From: Bacteroidota bacterium
GTDB taxonomy: Bacteria; Bacteroidota; Ignavibacteria; Ignavibacteriales; Melioribacteraceae
Direction: 5' to 3'
DNA length: 64,000 nt
Assembly (NCBI GenBank): GCA_018818065.1
Contig: JAHISV010000005.1
Coordinates: 42,527-106,526, forward strand
Shown piece after piece: positions 1 through 9,436 of the stretch. Under the pieces are notes generated by a model. The model saw only the letters and a list, made by a program, of their open reading frames with translations, did not search any database and had not been told where the DNA came from. A program made the position numbers and the translations under genes. Within the stretch, counting starts at the first letter, position 1. Every line of letters starts with the position of its first letter.

Positions 1-1762
1 TATTAATTCCAATGCTTGCTAGAACATCAGTATAATTTTGATGATCCTTACTCTTTGGAAAATTTAAGAATGCTTTGTGGGAGGCAATTGAATTTTCGTA
101 GTTGTGCTTATCAGACTGATATAATGCATGTTCAAGTAGTCGATCCAGGTATAAATCAATTATATACTTCGTATGTATATCAAAGGCAACATTTTCGTAG
201 CTGTGAGTGAAAGAATGATAAAGGGAGTCATTATCATTCTCATCATTCTTAATCAGTTTTTCAACAATACCGTGGGGAATCAATTTATATTCTGTGCTGT
301 TCACTGGTTTTTGCAGATGGGAGCTAAAATAAATAGGTGCTTCTCTATAACTATTGATTAATATGCTCAATAATTGATGTTTGTCATATTTTGTATAGTT
401 CTTGCCCTTAAATGATTCTGGATAGTGCAAATTAACCCAGTCAGCCGACACAAAAGCAGGGGGGATTATGTAAATGTCCTCTCTATGTTTTTCAACGTAT
501 TTTAAATAATATGGAATATTTACAGCTTCATCCCACTGTGGGATTAAAACAGAGTTTGGCTCTAGAGATGAAATAAGACTCTTACCAAGATCTTCACCAA
601 AGTAGTAATTGCTTTTATCATTAGCCGAGTAATTACTAAGAAGGAGAAGCATAGGAAGAGAAATTAGAAAAGCATATAAACTCCATCTTACAAATGCTGA
701 AGTTGTTTTTTGTAATATTAAATCCTGAAAATTGGAAAGTCCAAGTGCAATAAATATTGAGAGAATGTAAAAAGATGGTAAAAAATATGCGTCAAGATCA
801 CCGTATATTCTAACAAAAGATTTTGAATTATAAATTACATTTGTAATCAGTATAAAGAAGCTTAAGAGAATAAATTTTGTGTGTTTAGGCTTTCGGAAAA
901 AGACACTTGCAATAAATAAAATGGTTATCGAAAACTCACTGAAGAATAATTGATTAATAAACCAGGAGAAATTGTTAAAGATACTTTCACCACTACCTTC
1001 AGCACTATTCATTATTATCCCGGGTGCAAGATTATTATATAAATTTTCAAGCCCTTCGGGGTTATTAAAATCCATTGGAGGATCTAAAATCGATCGGAAA
1101 TGAAGATATGCATAAATTGAAATTCCTAAGATCCCAATTAAGAGGCTAATAAAAAATATCCGTGGTTTTATTATTCTATAATTCGTAAGGAAAATGAAGA
1201 AAAGAATTACTGCTGCGGCAATAACGCCATTTAAATTTTGCAATAATCCCAATGCTATAATGTACATAAGTAAGTAGAGGTGTTTCAGTTCTTTAGTGTT
1301 CTCATAAAAGACATAAGTATATAGTGATAACGAAATAAAAAATATGTTCAGTGTATATACTTCTGAGATGGTCGATCTGGACCAAAGTGTAAATGAAAAA
1401 GCAAAAATAAGTGACGAAACAAAGGATATAAATTTTGTTAATTGAATTTTTCGAAGAAGATTAAAAGTGACTGCGACCGAAAGTGATGAGAACAATCCGG
1501 AAAGTGCATTCATAACAAAAACTGGTTTAAGGAAGAAAAAAATCATTATGAATAGTCGGCCCAGCATTGTATATAAAGGGTATCCGGGTCGGTGGTTAAT
1601 CCCCAATGTAAATGAATTTGTAACAAATTCGCCTGAATCACCCAGGTAAATTGAGGGACATGATGTAAAAAGATATACGGCAAAAGTTATAATAAATAGA
1701 GAAAACGCAAGAAGTTTATCGTCTACAAGGAAAATCCTGATCTTTTTATTTTCAAGTATCAT
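1..1762 (-). CDS. DUF2723/TMEM260-like polytopic membrane protein (GT-C-like glycosyltransferase family), paralog of the downstream gene; C-terminus lies beyond the window start. Absent from the ORF track because the window edge truncates it
   Basis: Manual reverse-complement translation gives an unbroken frame from an ATG at 1760-1762 (stop just upstream at 1787-1789) down to position 1. The N-terminus reads 'MILENKKIRIFLVDDKLLAFSLFIITFAVYLFTSCPSIYLGDSGEFV...SLIFAFSFTLWSRST'. This is collinear with the 670-aa protein at 1824..3836 ('LCPTIYIGDSSEFIA...SALIFGVSLTLWSRST'). Many predicted TM helices. Confidence 0.7.
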   Translation of the reverse strand, partial: MILENKKIRIFLVDDKLLAFSLFIITFAVYLFTSCPSIYLGDSGEFVTNSFTLGINHRPGYPLYTMLGRLFIMIFFFLKPVFVMNALSGLFSSLSVAVTFNLLRKIQLTKFISFVSSLIFAFSFTLWSRSTISEVYTLNIFFISLSLYTYVFYENTKELKHLYLLMYIIALGLLQNLNGVIAAAVILFFIFLTNYRIIKPRIFFISLLIGILGISIYAYLHFRSILDPPMDFNNPEGLENLYNNLAPGIIMNSAEGSGESIFNNFSWFINQLFFSEFSITILFIASVFFRKPKHTKFILLSFFILITNVIYNSKSFVRIYGDLDAYFLPSFYILSIFIALGLSNFQDLILQKTTSAFVRWSLYAFLISLPMLLLLSNYSANDKSNYYFGEDLGKSLISSLEPNSVLIPQWDEAVNIPYYLKYVEKHREDIYIIPPAFVSADWVNLHYPESFKGKNYTKYDKHQLLSILINSYREAPIYFSSHLQKPVNSTEYKLIPHGIVEKLIKNDENDNDSLYHSFTHSYENVAFDIHTKYIIDLYLDRLLEHALYQSDKHNYENSIASHKAFLNFPKSKDHQNYTDVLASIGIN

Positions 1763-1823
1763 AATTAAGTATCTATTTGAGGGAATCTACTGCAAATTAA
1801 TAAACTTACCGAGAATATCTTAA

Positions 1824-3836
1824 TCAATTATTTTTGGAATTAGTTCTATAGAAGGCAATTTTTTTTGCAAGATGAGAACGAGATGGATTTATCTGAATTG
1901 CTATTTTCCACAGACTAAGAGCCGATTCAATTTCCTGTTTACTTTCAAATATATTTCCTAAATATTCGTATGCTCGCCAATCGTTCTTGTTTAGCTCAAT
2001 CGCTTTCTTAAAATCTGTAGTAGCGTTATCGGAATCACCTTTCTTCATGGCGGCGGCTCCTCTTATAAAATAGGCATCCCCAAGATTTAGCTTGTCCAAT
2101 GGGTAATTTATTTCCAAACAAGCATTCATACATGAAATAGCTAGGTCATAATTATTTGATTGTTCGTATTTGTAAGCATTTTTTATTAGCGGAATAAGAT
2201 ATTTTTCGTAAACGATCAAACTTGCTCTTGCATCTAAGAGAGTGTTGTTTGTAACAGAGGCCATTCTTAAATCGGATAACATTTCCCCATCAATGTCATC
2301 TCCTGTGTGTTCAGATTTCAGTCTCCAAATAAAACCGTAAGGTTCCAGGCGATTTTCATCAATGCTTATTGGTGTTTTTTTAGACCTGAATGTAAAAAAA
2401 AATTCTCTTTGGGATTTTAGTTCATCAATTACAAATTCTATAAAGGCATCTTCGAAAGGAATGACTCCGGCAGTAAGATTTAATTTGGATAAGTACTTCT
2501 GAACAAAGCTCTTATTCTTAAGAGTGGGAACTGAGATGACAGTCAGATCCTCTCTTTCGTGTTTAATGTTCTGATAATAGAAGGGAATAAAAGCATCATC
2601 ATCGGCTGTACAAAATACAATCGAATTAGTGGGTAGATTTGCAAACGTGTCTATCCACAAAGCTTCAGCAATAACATTATTACTTTTATCATTCATTTTG
2701 AAATTGTTTGCGAAAATCCCAATTGGTATTAAAAGAAGTAAAATTGCTCCGACCGAAACAACCAGCTTTTGATATTTTGTCTTGGTAACTGCTGATATTT
2801 TTTGCCAAATCAGATCAATGCCTAATCCAATTAGTAGTGACCAAAAGAAATATGCTACAATATATTGTGCATCCAGATCGCTATGGAGCATTAAAGGAGA
2901 ACGCACTGCGTATGTAACAATTAGAGAAATAGTGATAATAAAGTAGGCTCTGATTTTTATATTAACTTTTGAATTAAATAATCCAATCAGTGCAAATACT
3001 CCGAAAACCCAAAATTCCTTAAGAAAAGTATTCTCAATAAACCAGGTTAGATTAACTGCGCTATTAGTTCCTATTTTACTGGTACTATGTCCTATTAGAT
3101 CAATGGAAACGCGGGGAGTTAGAAATCTATATAATTCAGAAAATGTTTCAGAAAGAGCAAAAAAAGATGGAGGATTGGTTTGAGACCTGGCTATTATATA
3201 ATAATAAATTGAAAAGCCGAGAATGAAAAAGGTAATCCCCAAAAACAATGCCTTGGGATGAAAAATAAATTTTGGGTTAGCTAAAATAAGAAATAGTAAA
3301 ACAGGGAAAAAAGCAATCACCGAAAGAATATGCTGGCTTAATAGCAACCCAGCCAAATAAAAAATGAGAAAGATAAGTCTATTATCTTTTTTTATAAAAT
3401 ATTGAAGCATAATCAAAGAAATTAGAGCAACCGAGAAAGTGGCGATAGTATAGATTTCCGCAATGGTTGATCGTGACCAAAGCGTAAGTGATACTCCAAA
3501 GATTAGTGCTGAAGTTATGGCGATTATTTTTTTGATATTTAGTTGTGACAATATTAAGTAAAGAACAACACCGGTTAAAGAGGAGAATAGCGCGGACGTG
3601 TAATTTATTATAATTGTATAGTTAAGGAATTTCAGAAAGGTAATCAGAACTCTGTTCAAAAGGCTATAAAAGGGAAAACCGGGGGGATGTGATATCCCTA
3701 AGAGTGAGATATTAGCAATAAATTCGCTGCTGTCGCCTATATATATTGTGGGACATAATGTAAGAATATAAATGGTTTGAAGAACGCCAAAAATCAGGAG
3801 CGGATATTTAAGCTGATTATTTTTCATTCGATGCAA
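1824..3836 (-). CDS. DUF2723/TMEM260-like GT-C-fold membrane protein with C-terminal TPR repeats (putative protein O-glycosyl/mannosyl-transferase-like)
   Basis: 670 aa. The N-terminal ~480 aa hold at least 10 hydrophobic helices beginning 'YPLLIFGVLQTIYILTLCPTIYIGDSSEF'. The C-terminal ~150 aa carry TPR-like repeats ('AISCMNACLEINYPLDKLNLGDAYFIRGAAAMKKGDSDNATTDFKKAIELNKNDWRAYEYLGNIF'). This architecture is typical of the DUF2723 family. Confidence 0.75.
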   Translation of the reverse strand: MHRMKNNQLKYPLLIFGVLQTIYILTLCPTIYIGDSSEFIANISLLGISHPPGFPFYSLLNRVLITFLKFLNYTIIINYTSALFSSLTGVVLYLILSQLNIKKIIAITSALIFGVSLTLWSRSTIAEIYTIATFSVALISLIMLQYFIKKDNRLIFLIFYLAGLLLSQHILSVIAFFPVLLFLILANPKFIFHPKALFLGITFFILGFSIYYYIIARSQTNPPSFFALSETFSELYRFLTPRVSIDLIGHSTSKIGTNSAVNLTWFIENTFLKEFWVFGVFALIGLFNSKVNIKIRAYFIITISLIVTYAVRSPLMLHSDLDAQYIVAYFFWSLLIGLGIDLIWQKISAVTKTKYQKLVVSVGAILLLLIPIGIFANNFKMNDKSNNVIAEALWIDTFANLPTNSIVFCTADDDAFIPFYYQNIKHEREDLTVISVPTLKNKSFVQKYLSKLNLTAGVIPFEDAFIEFVIDELKSQREFFFTFRSKKTPISIDENRLEPYGFIWRLKSEHTGDDIDGEMLSDLRMASVTNNTLLDARASLIVYEKYLIPLIKNAYKYEQSNNYDLAISCMNACLEINYPLDKLNLGDAYFIRGAAAMKKGDSDNATTDFKKAIELNKNDWRAYEYLGNIFESKQEIESALSLWKIAIQINPSRSHLAKKIAFYRTNSKNN

Positions 3837-4818
3837 GGTAATTAAATAATAACAAAGTTACTCCTAAAAGGCTTCCCAGTGTGCATACCAAATAATCCAG
3901 AAATAATACAAAGAAAGAGATTAGTCCATTAATAACTCCAAATATCTTTGTAAAGTATTTGAGGAATTTATAGTTTAATAAAAATAAAACTACAAGAAAT
4001 ATTAGAGGTATTATGAAGTAATTTGGGAAAAACAGAGACATAATAATGAATAAGAAAGTCGGCCATGAAAGTAAAGTTGATAAAATAAACGAGGGGTAAA
4101 TATTTACAAAACCGGACTTTACGGATTCTGTGACCTGATTAAACTCACCAGCCAGGGTAATAAACCAAAGACTGCGCATAAATTCATTTTTAACAAAACT
4201 TTTAAATGTAAACTCCTTCAAATGATCAACTTCTACTTCTTTATTTAGAATGATAATATAACCAGAAGATATTAACCTTTTGCCAAATTCCAGGTCGTCA
4301 ACTCCATGTTTGGCGTGCAGGTCTGCGTTGAAGCCTCCCAAAGCTTTGAATACATCAGTTTTTATGGCAGAAACAGCGCCAAATATCCAATCAATTTTTT
4401 TTTGACTTTGAAGGTAAGAATAACGAATCCAAAGATTTTTATACTTGGTCAATATTCCCTTTTGTTCAGGAAAAGCCGAATAGCAACCAACCACAGCGGT
4501 TGTTGAAGAATCGCTGAACTCAAGATGAATTTTTTCAATAGTATCAGGATGAATTTTAATATCACTATCGATGAATAAAACAATATCGCCAATTGCCGCA
4601 TTGGCGCCCATATTTCTGCAAATATTTGCTCCATTGCTACCAGTGTTATGGAGTATTGTTGTTTCGTAATGGTTTGCTATTTCAAGGGTATTATCGGTAG
4701 AGTTATCGTTAACGACGATAATTTCTTTTGGTTTTCTCGTTGAGTTTGAGAATGCATCCAGGCATTTGCCAAGAGTTTTTGCTGCATTAAATGCGGGGAT
4801 GACGACTGAAATTTCCAT
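3817..4818 (-). CDS. Family 2 glycosyltransferase with C-terminal TM helices (GtrB/DPM1/ArnC-like polyprenyl-phosphate sugar synthase)
   Basis: GT2 N-terminus 'ISVVIPAFNAAKTLGKCLDAFS...IIVVNDNSTDNT...FIDSDI' (DxD). The C-terminal ~100 aa are strongly hydrophobic (2-4 TM), as in GtrB/DPM1. It overlaps the downstream DUF2723 gene by 20 bp, suggesting translational coupling. Confidence 0.75.
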   Translation of the reverse strand: MEISVVIPAFNAAKTLGKCLDAFSNSTRKPKEIIVVNDNSTDNTLEIANHYETTILHNTGSNGANICRNMGANAAIGDIVLFIDSDIKIHPDTIEKIHLEFSDSSTTAVVGCYSAFPEQKGILTKYKNLWIRYSYLQSQKKIDWIFGAVSAIKTDVFKALGGFNADLHAKHGVDDLEFGKRLISSGYIIILNKEVEVDHLKEFTFKSFVKNEFMRSLWFITLAGEFNQVTESVKSGFVNIYPSFILSTLLSWPTFLFIIMSLFFPNYFIIPLIFLVVLFLLNYKFLKYFTKIFGVINGLISFFVLFLDYLVCTLGSLLGVTLLLFNYLASNEK

Positions 4819-4964
4819 TTAATTCCCGAAGATGTGAATTATTTTTTTAAAATTCATGTTGCAAACAGTTAACAAACAGTAAATTAGTAAAAATGATTCT
4901 CATTTCTGCCTGTTAACAACAAAGTTTTCTTAATCGCTAACATAATAATTAATCGGGTTATAGT

Positions 4965-5632
4965 TTGTCTCTTCTTAGTGTCGGAATTCCGGTTTATAAC
5001 GGAGCCAAATATGTTGGACAGGCAATTGAAAGCGTATTAGCTCAGAGTTATGGAAATATTGAGCTTATAATATCGGATAATTGTTCCAGGGATAACACTT
5101 TTGAAATTGTAAATCTTATGTAGACAGGGATTCCTGGATTATTCTCTCGCGTAATGAAAGAAATTTAGCGGCAGCACCGAATTTTATCCGTGTTTTTAGT
5201 CTGACTAGAGGCAAGTACTTCAAGTGGCTTGCGCACGACGATTTGATACTTCCGGGTTATATTGAAAAGTGTGTTGAGCTGCTAGAAAAAGAAGACAGTT
5301 ATGTTCTCTGTCAATCCCGTATAAATATTATTGATCATGAAGGGCATATTTTTAAAAACAATTTCATCCATATTCCAGATGGCGATTCTTCATCAAAGTC
5401 AAAAAGATTCAAAAATTATACTCACACTGACCATTTTTGCTATGATGTATTTGGAGTTGTTAGAAAATCAAGCTTGTCCAAGACTAAGTTAATTGAAAGT
5501 TACATTGGGTCTGATCGTGTACTTCTTAGTGAATTAGTAATTCTTGGAAAAGTGAAACATTTAGAAGATCCCCTTGCCCGGTTTCGGTCTCATGAAGAGC
5601 AATCCATTCGGGCTATAACCTGTGTTTTTTAG
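4965..5632 (+). pseudogene. Family 2 glycosyltransferase interrupted by a -1 frameshift in a poly-A run (~5112-5117); possible TTG start at 4965
   Basis: Frame A (4965..5123) reads '[52 protein letters not shown]'. Frame B then continues '[65 protein letters not shown]...'. Restoring one A in 'gtaaatct' would give '[11 protein letters not shown]', the canonical GT2 arrangement. The track ORF 5243..5632 is the 3' remnant. Confidence 0.55.
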
Positions 5633-5959
5633 CTCTTGGTTCTCTGAGAATATTTCTGTAGCAAAATCACCGGGATTAAATAGGCGTCTAACTTCAAAGG
5701 GCTTTTGTGGACCAATGGATAAGGGGATCGGTTCCCCGTCATTTAATGAGTAGGTGAACTCACTAACATTGCCGGTTATATTACCAAGAATATTTATCTG
5801 GCGTTGAGGAGAACCATCAACACCAAACAACTGATTTTTACCATACCAAAGTTCTATAGATAGCGGAGTGTTGCTTGACGACGAATTAAAAAACAGCTGT
5901 ATCGAAGTTATCGATACAGCCGCAACAATGAGAAATATTAAAGGCGTTCTTAATTTCAC
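5561..5959 (-). CDS. hypothetical small secreted protein (N-terminal signal peptide)
   Basis: 132 aa with N-terminal 'MKLRTPLIFLIVAAVSITSIQLF'. It overlaps the 3' remnant of the GT2 pseudogene by 72 bp, so one of the two ends is probably not real. No recognisable domain. Confidence 0.35.
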   Translation of the reverse strand: MKLRTPLIFLIVAAVSITSIQLFFNSSSSNTPLSIELWYGKNQLFGVDGSPQRQINILGNITGNVSEFTYSLNDGEPIPLSIGPQKPFEVRRLFNPGDFATEIFSENQELKNTGYSPNGLLFMRPKPGKGIF

Positions 5960-8142
5960 TAATTTATCACACCCATTTCCTGAAGTAAATAATCTGCACC
6001 GCTAAATTTTTGTGCAACCCATAGAATGTATCTGATGTCAACTCCAATGGATCTGCTAAACGAATCATCCCAGGCGTAATCATTTATTGTGGCGCCAAAA
6101 GCGCGATCAAAATTCAGACCTATTAATTCTCCATAAGCATTTAAGACAGGACTGCCGGAATTGCCGCCTGTTGTATCCATGTTGTAAAGAATACCCACCG
6201 GAACACTCTTGACGTTTTCATCATAGAATTGTCCAAAGTCCTTCTTTTCATATAGATCCCTTATCTTAGATGGTATATCGTAATCTTCTAGTCCGAGTGA
6301 ATTTTTTTCTATTATACCGGCCAGGCTTGTTTGGGAAGAATGGTAGACAGCATCTGCCGGGGAGTAACCTTTAACGTATCCGTAGGTTAATCGAAGGGTG
6401 CTGTTTGCGTCCGGCACAAAAGAATCTTTATTGCGAATCCTTTTAATATCAATCAGTTGTGATAGAAGAGCATTCAGAGTTCCGTCTATTCTATCTACTT
6501 CCTCATTAATAATTGTCCTTTGCGCGTTTAATTCTTTTGCAAAATAAAATAATGGGCTGTTTAATTCGTCCAACTCCTCAGGTGTTTTTATTAAGATATC
6601 TTTTACTTTTTCCGGATTCAGCAAATCTTTATCCATTAAATTCAACACATATTCGTCAACTGAGATATTGCCAATTTCTTCAACGGCATCGATTCTTGAA
6701 TTATCCGCAAAAAGTCTTGCGTCACTTATCATCTTAGTAAGTACACGCCTCTCAAGTTCAGTATTTACATTATCAACGGAGCTAATTATACTTTCTCTTT
6801 CCTTGCTCAGGTTATCTTCTTTGTACTCGGGCTTGCGTTTACTTTCATCTAACTGAATTTGCTGGGAATATTGAAGTATGTCATCCGATAGTTTAACAAA
6901 TTTAGATTGCCAGAAAATTTGTCCGAGCCATAGATCTCTCGTTGCTACGTTGTGTAAATCAGTATATGCCGAGTTTAATTTTTCGAATAATCCATTATAT
7001 TTTTCTGCAAGTTCCGCGTCGGATTCAATAAATTTCTGTAATTCTTGCTCTTCCGCCAATTTGGTCTTAACGAGGTTGAGTTTATTAAAGCCTCTTAATT
7101 GCCCTCTGTATTTCTTCTCTGTATTGGCCAGACTTTTTGCCCGGCTTGCAAGTTCCAGGGCAACAGATTCATTGTCTTTTCCAAGTTCTTTGATTTGATT
7201 AATTATCCAGGCATACAGTTTGGAGATGTAGGGTAGCACATAATTCTCTCTGTATTCGTAGTATTTTGCCGGTCTGTTTCTGAACGTAGTTCCAGGGTAT
7301 CCCAGAACAAAAAGAAAGTCCCCTTCATTAACTCCCTTTGGGTTAATTTTAAGGTGTTTTTTAGGAGTGTAGGGAATATTATCAAGGGAATATTCTGCTG
7401 CGCTGCCATCAGGAGCAACATATGCGCGCATAAATGTAAAATCGCCCGTGTGGCGTGGCCATACCCAGTTATCCGTTTCTCCGCCAAAATTACCAATCGA
7501 TATCGGCGGTACATAGACCAACCTGACATCGTGGATTACTCTGTACCTAAATAATATATAGGTTTTGCCAATAAACATTTCCGATACGGTTGCTTCGATG
7601 TTGTTTGCTTCATCACTGGCTTCTTTACCAATAGCCAGCATTGTTTTTTTTATTAGTCTAACTTTCTCGGCCGGATCCTCAACTCCTTCGATACTGGCAA
7701 GAACCATTTCAGATACATCTTCGTATGATTCCGTTATTTTACAATAATTGCCAGTGGCGGGAATTTCATCAGAATATGTTTTTGCTAGAAAGCCGTTTTT
7801 AAGATAATTGTTTTCGATTGTGCTAGCATCGCTAACATAACCAAATCCGCAATGATGATTAGTTAAGATTAACCCGTTTTCTGATACAAATGATCCGGTA
7901 CAGCCCCTAATTTTAACAAGGGCATCAGTAATGCTAACGCCATTTGGATTGTAGATCTCTTCCGGATTGATTTTTAATCCGGCTTCCATAAGGTCTAAAT
8001 TTGAAATTTCACTCATCGGATACATTCCCTTTGCAGGCAAAGTAGATATCCATCCAATGGTAGTAATTGTAACTGTTATCAGGAGTGCTGACAACAATAC
8101 TATCTTGTTCATTTTCATTGTAATCCCCGAATTCTTATTCAA
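5959..8142 (-). CDS. S46 family dipeptidyl-peptidase (DPP7/DPP11-like serine peptidase), secreted
   Basis: 727 aa. Catalytic-triad motifs of Porphyromonas-type DPP7: 'GLILTNHHCGFG' (His), 'DTTGGNSGSPVLNAYGELIGLNFD' (Ser). Signal peptide 'MKMNKIVLLSALLITV'; the true start is probably the internal Met at ~8118. Confidence 0.85.
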   Translation of the reverse strand: MNKNSGITMKMNKIVLLSALLITVTITTIGWISTLPAKGMYPMSEISNLDLMEAGLKINPEEIYNPNGVSITDALVKIRGCTGSFVSENGLILTNHHCGFGYVSDASTIENNYLKNGFLAKTYSDEIPATGNYCKITESYEDVSEMVLASIEGVEDPAEKVRLIKKTMLAIGKEASDEANNIEATVSEMFIGKTYILFRYRVIHDVRLVYVPPISIGNFGGETDNWVWPRHTGDFTFMRAYVAPDGSAAEYSLDNIPYTPKKHLKINPKGVNEGDFLFVLGYPGTTFRNRPAKYYEYRENYVLPYISKLYAWIINQIKELGKDNESVALELASRAKSLANTEKKYRGQLRGFNKLNLVKTKLAEEQELQKFIESDAELAEKYNGLFEKLNSAYTDLHNVATRDLWLGQIFWQSKFVKLSDDILQYSQQIQLDESKRKPEYKEDNLSKERESIISSVDNVNTELERRVLTKMISDARLFADNSRIDAVEEIGNISVDEYVLNLMDKDLLNPEKVKDILIKTPEELDELNSPLFYFAKELNAQRTIINEEVDRIDGTLNALLSQLIDIKRIRNKDSFVPDANSTLRLTYGYVKGYSPADAVYHSSQTSLAGIIEKNSLGLEDYDIPSKIRDLYEKKDFGQFYDENVKSVPVGILYNMDTTGGNSGSPVLNAYGELIGLNFDRAFGATINDYAWDDSFSRSIGVDIRYILWVAQKFSGADYLLQEMGVIN

Positions 8143-8204
8143 TATTGAGTAAGTGCTAATATAAGATATTTATGACTTGAGTGAAAGAATTGGGGGTGAG
8201 GTAA

Positions 8205-9350
8205 CTATATCGGGAGTTCGATTGAGAAAATTGTTTTTGATTCAATATTTGATTTGAAAGAGACTTTTCCATTTAGATATTGTTCAACTAATAATTTAAC
8301 ACTATAAGTCCCAATGCCCCTACCTAATCCATTTTTTGTGGAAAACGATCTTTGGAATAACTGATTTTGCACACGCTCATCCATTACATTACTGTTGAAT
8401 ACATCAAAAACAATACTAGTGGATTTTAGTCTTGTAGAAATTTTTACGGTCTCATTTTTCCTTGTTGCTTCAAGAGCGTTCTTTGCCAAATTGCTAAGGG
8501 AACGAATAAGCAGAATTGGATCCACTTTAAACTCGATATCTGGTGTCAGGTATTCTACCAGAAAATTTTTATCCTGGGATAATTCTGCTCTGGAATACAT
8601 TTCATAAACGGTTTTTATAATACTATTTGAGTATGTGTAAATAGGATTTACTTCAAGGTTACCCTTTTCTGCGTATACAAGGTCACGCTGGGCTTGTATT
8701 TCTTCAATTAATTGTTTCGATGAATCCAGTATTGCTTCTTCAATTTCTCTCTTCTCGTCTCTATTTTCAATCATAGGTAAAATTGTAGCCAGTCCATGAA
8801 TCGCGCCGCCGGTATTTAGAATATCATGAAAAAACATTTTTTCCAGAACTTCAAGTCGTTTTTGTTTCGAAATATCCTGAACCACAAACATGGTATATTC
8901 TTCGTTTTGAATATTAATGCTATCGGTATGAACAAGATAATCGAGAGATATGTTTTTGCCATTGTCATCAGCAATAATTCTGCACTCTTCAGATGCAAAG
9001 GATAAAGATTTATTTGACTTCATTATTGCACTTGCAGCACCGCAGTCTTTGCAAAATTTCGTGGTTCCACATCCGTTTGGATATTCATCCTTTCTAATAC
9101 ATCCGAGTGCTTCCCCGACTTTTAATCCCAGAACCTCATTGAGCTTTTTCCCCTTAAAACTATCTAATGCCGAACTGTTTGCTTCAACAATTTGTCTCTG
9201 CTTGTTTAATATAAGAACGAAGAAAGGGAAATTGTTGATAATTTTGCAAAGCACATCTTGCGATCTTATTTGTTTTTGTTGTTCAAATATCTCACTCATG
9301 GAAGCTTTTTGCGGATCATCGAAATATGTTTTTAGTTCGTCTTGAAACAT
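8205..9350 (-). CDS. cytoplasmic sensor histidine kinase with an N-terminal PAS-like domain containing a Cys4 motif; no cognate response regulator adjacent
   Basis: H-box-like 'KMFFHDILNTGGAIHGL'. HATPase_c motifs 'LSNLAKNALEAT' (N-box) and 'GLGRGIGTYSV' (G-box). No TM helices. Cys cluster 'GCIRKDEYPNGCGTTKFCKDCG' (C-x9-C-x6-C-x2-C). Confidence 0.7.
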   Translation of the reverse strand: MFQDELKTYFDDPQKASMSEIFEQQKQIRSQDVLCKIINNFPFFVLILNKQRQIVEANSSALDSFKGKKLNEVLGLKVGEALGCIRKDEYPNGCGTTKFCKDCGAASAIMKSNKSLSFASEECRIIADDNGKNISLDYLVHTDSINIQNEEYTMFVVQDISKQKRLEVLEKMFFHDILNTGGAIHGLATILPMIENRDEKREIEEAILDSSKQLIEEIQAQRDLVYAEKGNLEVNPIYTYSNSIIKTVYEMYSRAELSQDKNFLVEYLTPDIEFKVDPILLIRSLSNLAKNALEATRKNETVKISTRLKSTSIVFDVFNSNVMDERVQNQLFQRSFSTKNGLGRGIGTYSVKLLVEQYLNGKVSFKSNIESKTIFSIELPI

Positions 9351-9436
9351 TTCGCCAACACACTTAAATTATAAATTTTCTAACAACTATTTAACTTCTG
9401 ATTTACAAAAATAATTCATTTTGTAAATGAAAACAT

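Noticed and set aside
16-361. Two plus-strand ORFs (16..210, 173..361) at the window start
   Set aside because: They lie antisense within the manually recovered minus-strand DUF2723 paralog (1..1762), which has clear homology to the neighbouring gene. Low-complexity products.
1467-1649. 60-aa plus-strand ORF
   Set aside because: Antisense to the N-terminal coding region of the DUF2723 paralog. No supporting features.
8816-9345. Small ORFs (8816..8998 minus, 8950..9345 plus, 8395..8607 plus) within the histidine kinase gene
   Set aside because: Alternate-frame or antisense ORFs inside a gene with clear kinase motifs.
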